This document shows, piece by piece, positions 62,155 to 64,000 of a DNA stretch of 64,000 nt. Under the pieces are notes generated by a model. It was not told the origin of the DNA. It worked only from the letters and a program-made list of their open reading frames with translations, and searched no databases. This stretch comes from the human T2T-CHM13v2.0 reference genome, Homo sapiens. Positions within the stretch are counted from its first letter, which is position 1; each line of letters starts with the position of its first letter. Both the position numbers and the translations under genes were made by a program. The stretch is from NCBI RefSeq assembly GCF_009914755.1, contig NC_060934.1; one strand, 5' to 3'.

Positions 62155-62629
62155 GATACCTCATTCAAAGCATGTCAGCTTCTGGACTGTGGTAGGTGCT
62201 TAGGAAACAGCAACTATGATCATTGCATGACTTCTTACAGTTTGTGTAAAGCCACATGTCTCAGTCTCATTCTTGGCAAGTAGCAAAGTCAGGAATGGAA
62301 TCTGGGCCTCAAAGCATCTTGCTATCATTCAACATTTTCTAAATGGTCCCATCAACAACTTCTCATGTGTGACTTGTCACAACCTCATACATGGATGGAG
62401 GGAGGGAGATTTGGAAGTGGGGATGTGGAAGTGGGGATGTAGAAGTGAGAACTTTGGGCTGTAGTGGCTCAAGGTACATCCAAGACATGTAGACTGAACA
62501 TCGAAGGGGAAATTGATGAGTTCCCCCATTCAATTCTCCTTTGCATAGTAAGGGGCATGAGTTGGCATGGGAGAAAGGGCAAGGCCTTGGGCTTGTGTCT
62601 GGTTTTGGAACTGGGTGACTGTATGCTCC

Positions 62630-62860
62630 CCAGAAGGAAGCTTTCCTTGAGTCCCTACCCACAGTAGACCCCCACGTCATGGCACCCCTGGACCTTTCTT
62701 TACTGTGTTTCATGGTGATAGATAATTGCATATTTGTTTGTGGGCTTGTTTCCTTAGTGCCAGACTTGCTCAGCAGACTGCACAGGGCCCACATCTTTTG
62801 AGGTCAGTTATCACCAGTGCTTGGCACAGTGCCTGGCATGTTCTGGTTGGATGAATGAAT
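62630..62860 (+). mobile_element. L2 3' end
   Basis: CAGAAGGAAGCTTTCCTTGA ... CAGTGCTTGGCACAGTGCCTGGCA ... GATGAATGAAT. Confidence 0.8.
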
Positions 62861-64000
62861 GGACCAATTCAAACTCTCTGAGCTTCACCATCCTCATGAA
62901 ATATGAGATAAGAATATATTCTTTAAAGAGTTTTTAAAAAATAAATTTACAGCAAAATGTTATGAAACACCTTCCACAGGGGCTGGCCTGGTCCACAGTA
63001 TATATATATATACTTATCTTTAATTCTTACCACTGGGTGGTTAAGAACACAGAGTGTAGAAGATGTTCAAAACAGATCTGTGCTCCTAGCTTGTCTTGGC
63101 AGCTCATTCCCAATCTCCTCAGTGGGCATGAGAAGCCTTGGTTCTAGCCTCGTGGGGCTGCTCCACTTAGCTGCTGCTCTCCAGCCAGTAGGAAAAACCC
63201 TCTGCTTTGGGCCCCTTCTGTCTCCCCACCTTCCTATTACTGCTCAGCCCCTCGGACTCAGGGCTGCCGTTCAATGAGAACATACTATTAAGGCCTCATT
63301 GTGATTAGAAGATTGAAACCCTCTTATACCAGGGGGCAAAATGTATGACTTAATGAGACTATCAACCACCAAATAACATTGCCCACAGCGGCCCCGGGGA
63401 GGTCACCAGGCCTGAGAGTGGTGCTGGAGAGGATGCTGGCAGCCGTGGGAGGTGCCATGTGGGCAGAGGCAGTGAGGGTAAATGCCATGACTGCCCACCA
63501 CTCCAGAGTAGCCAGCATTGGTGGGTGCGACACAGCAGGAGGTGGAGCAGGTGGCCACTGTGCCAGAGGCTGTGTCCAGACCATGTGGTAGGTGTGTGTT
63601 CCCAGGCAAGATGTGTGGACAAGGCGCTGTGTAGCTCTGGCTGCTACAGAGCACCAGGTGCCGGGGACCTAGTGACCATCATTGTACTGGGAATGTCCTT
63701 GGAAGAGTTTGAGACAGTCCCCATAGCCAGCCATGGATCAGACAGAAACCTCCCACATATCAGTTGGTAATTATTACAAGGATTCAATGAATAATTTGTG
63801 CTGCAGTGTTTATCACTAACAAGCAGTTTCAGCATATAGTTTCATTTAGAGTATAGGAGGTAAGATCCTTTAAAATTCTGATTGATATGCTAATGAATTA
63901 ATTACTGCCCAGGTTGTAAATACCTCGCACATCCTCTGACCCTGGGGTGCTCCTAGGAGCCCTCTCCATGTGGCCTTCTTACTTTGCAGTCACTCAGGGA

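Noticed and set aside
63322-63342. TATACCAGGGGGCAAA as a CTCF site
   Set aside because: The 3' half fits but the conserved 5' CC is missing; too weak without ChIP data.

Overview
Primate, almost certainly human, non-coding DNA: it carries a diagnostic human-specific AluYb8. I find no protein-coding exon, structural RNA gene, CpG island or CRISPR array, and I cannot name the locus from sequence alone. The window is dominated by transposon relics: about 38 Alu pieces, MIRs, L2 and L1 fragments, at least 13 LTRs (MLT1, MSTA, THE1A, MER31, MER39, MER4, LTR16, LTR2/HERV-E) and DNA-transposon relics (Tigger4b, MER20, MER5). LTR orientation is mixed, which fits intergenic or lncRNA territory. The supplied ORFs are repeat-derived or chance ORFs; the only recognisable peptide is an L1 ORF2p C-terminal remnant. 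I did not find a new biological system. The best observations are: (1) a three-layer insertion at 58.0-59.4 kb, where an LTR2 is flanked by a ~200-bp duplication of its host AluJ instead of a 4-bp TSD, and an AluYb8 later reused the original L1-endonuclease site; (2) a candidate regulatory block at 9.0-11.0 kb (29-bp E-box minisatellite, FOX/GATA/ONECUT/HNF1 motif cluster, (CTGTG)n repeat); (3) a strong CTCF motif with duplicated CCAAT boxes at 41.5 kb; (4) a 70-bp quasi-palindrome fused to a Z-DNA-prone tract at 31.8 kb. Repeat family calls come from remembered consensus sequences. Subfamily names and the boundaries of old elements are approximate.
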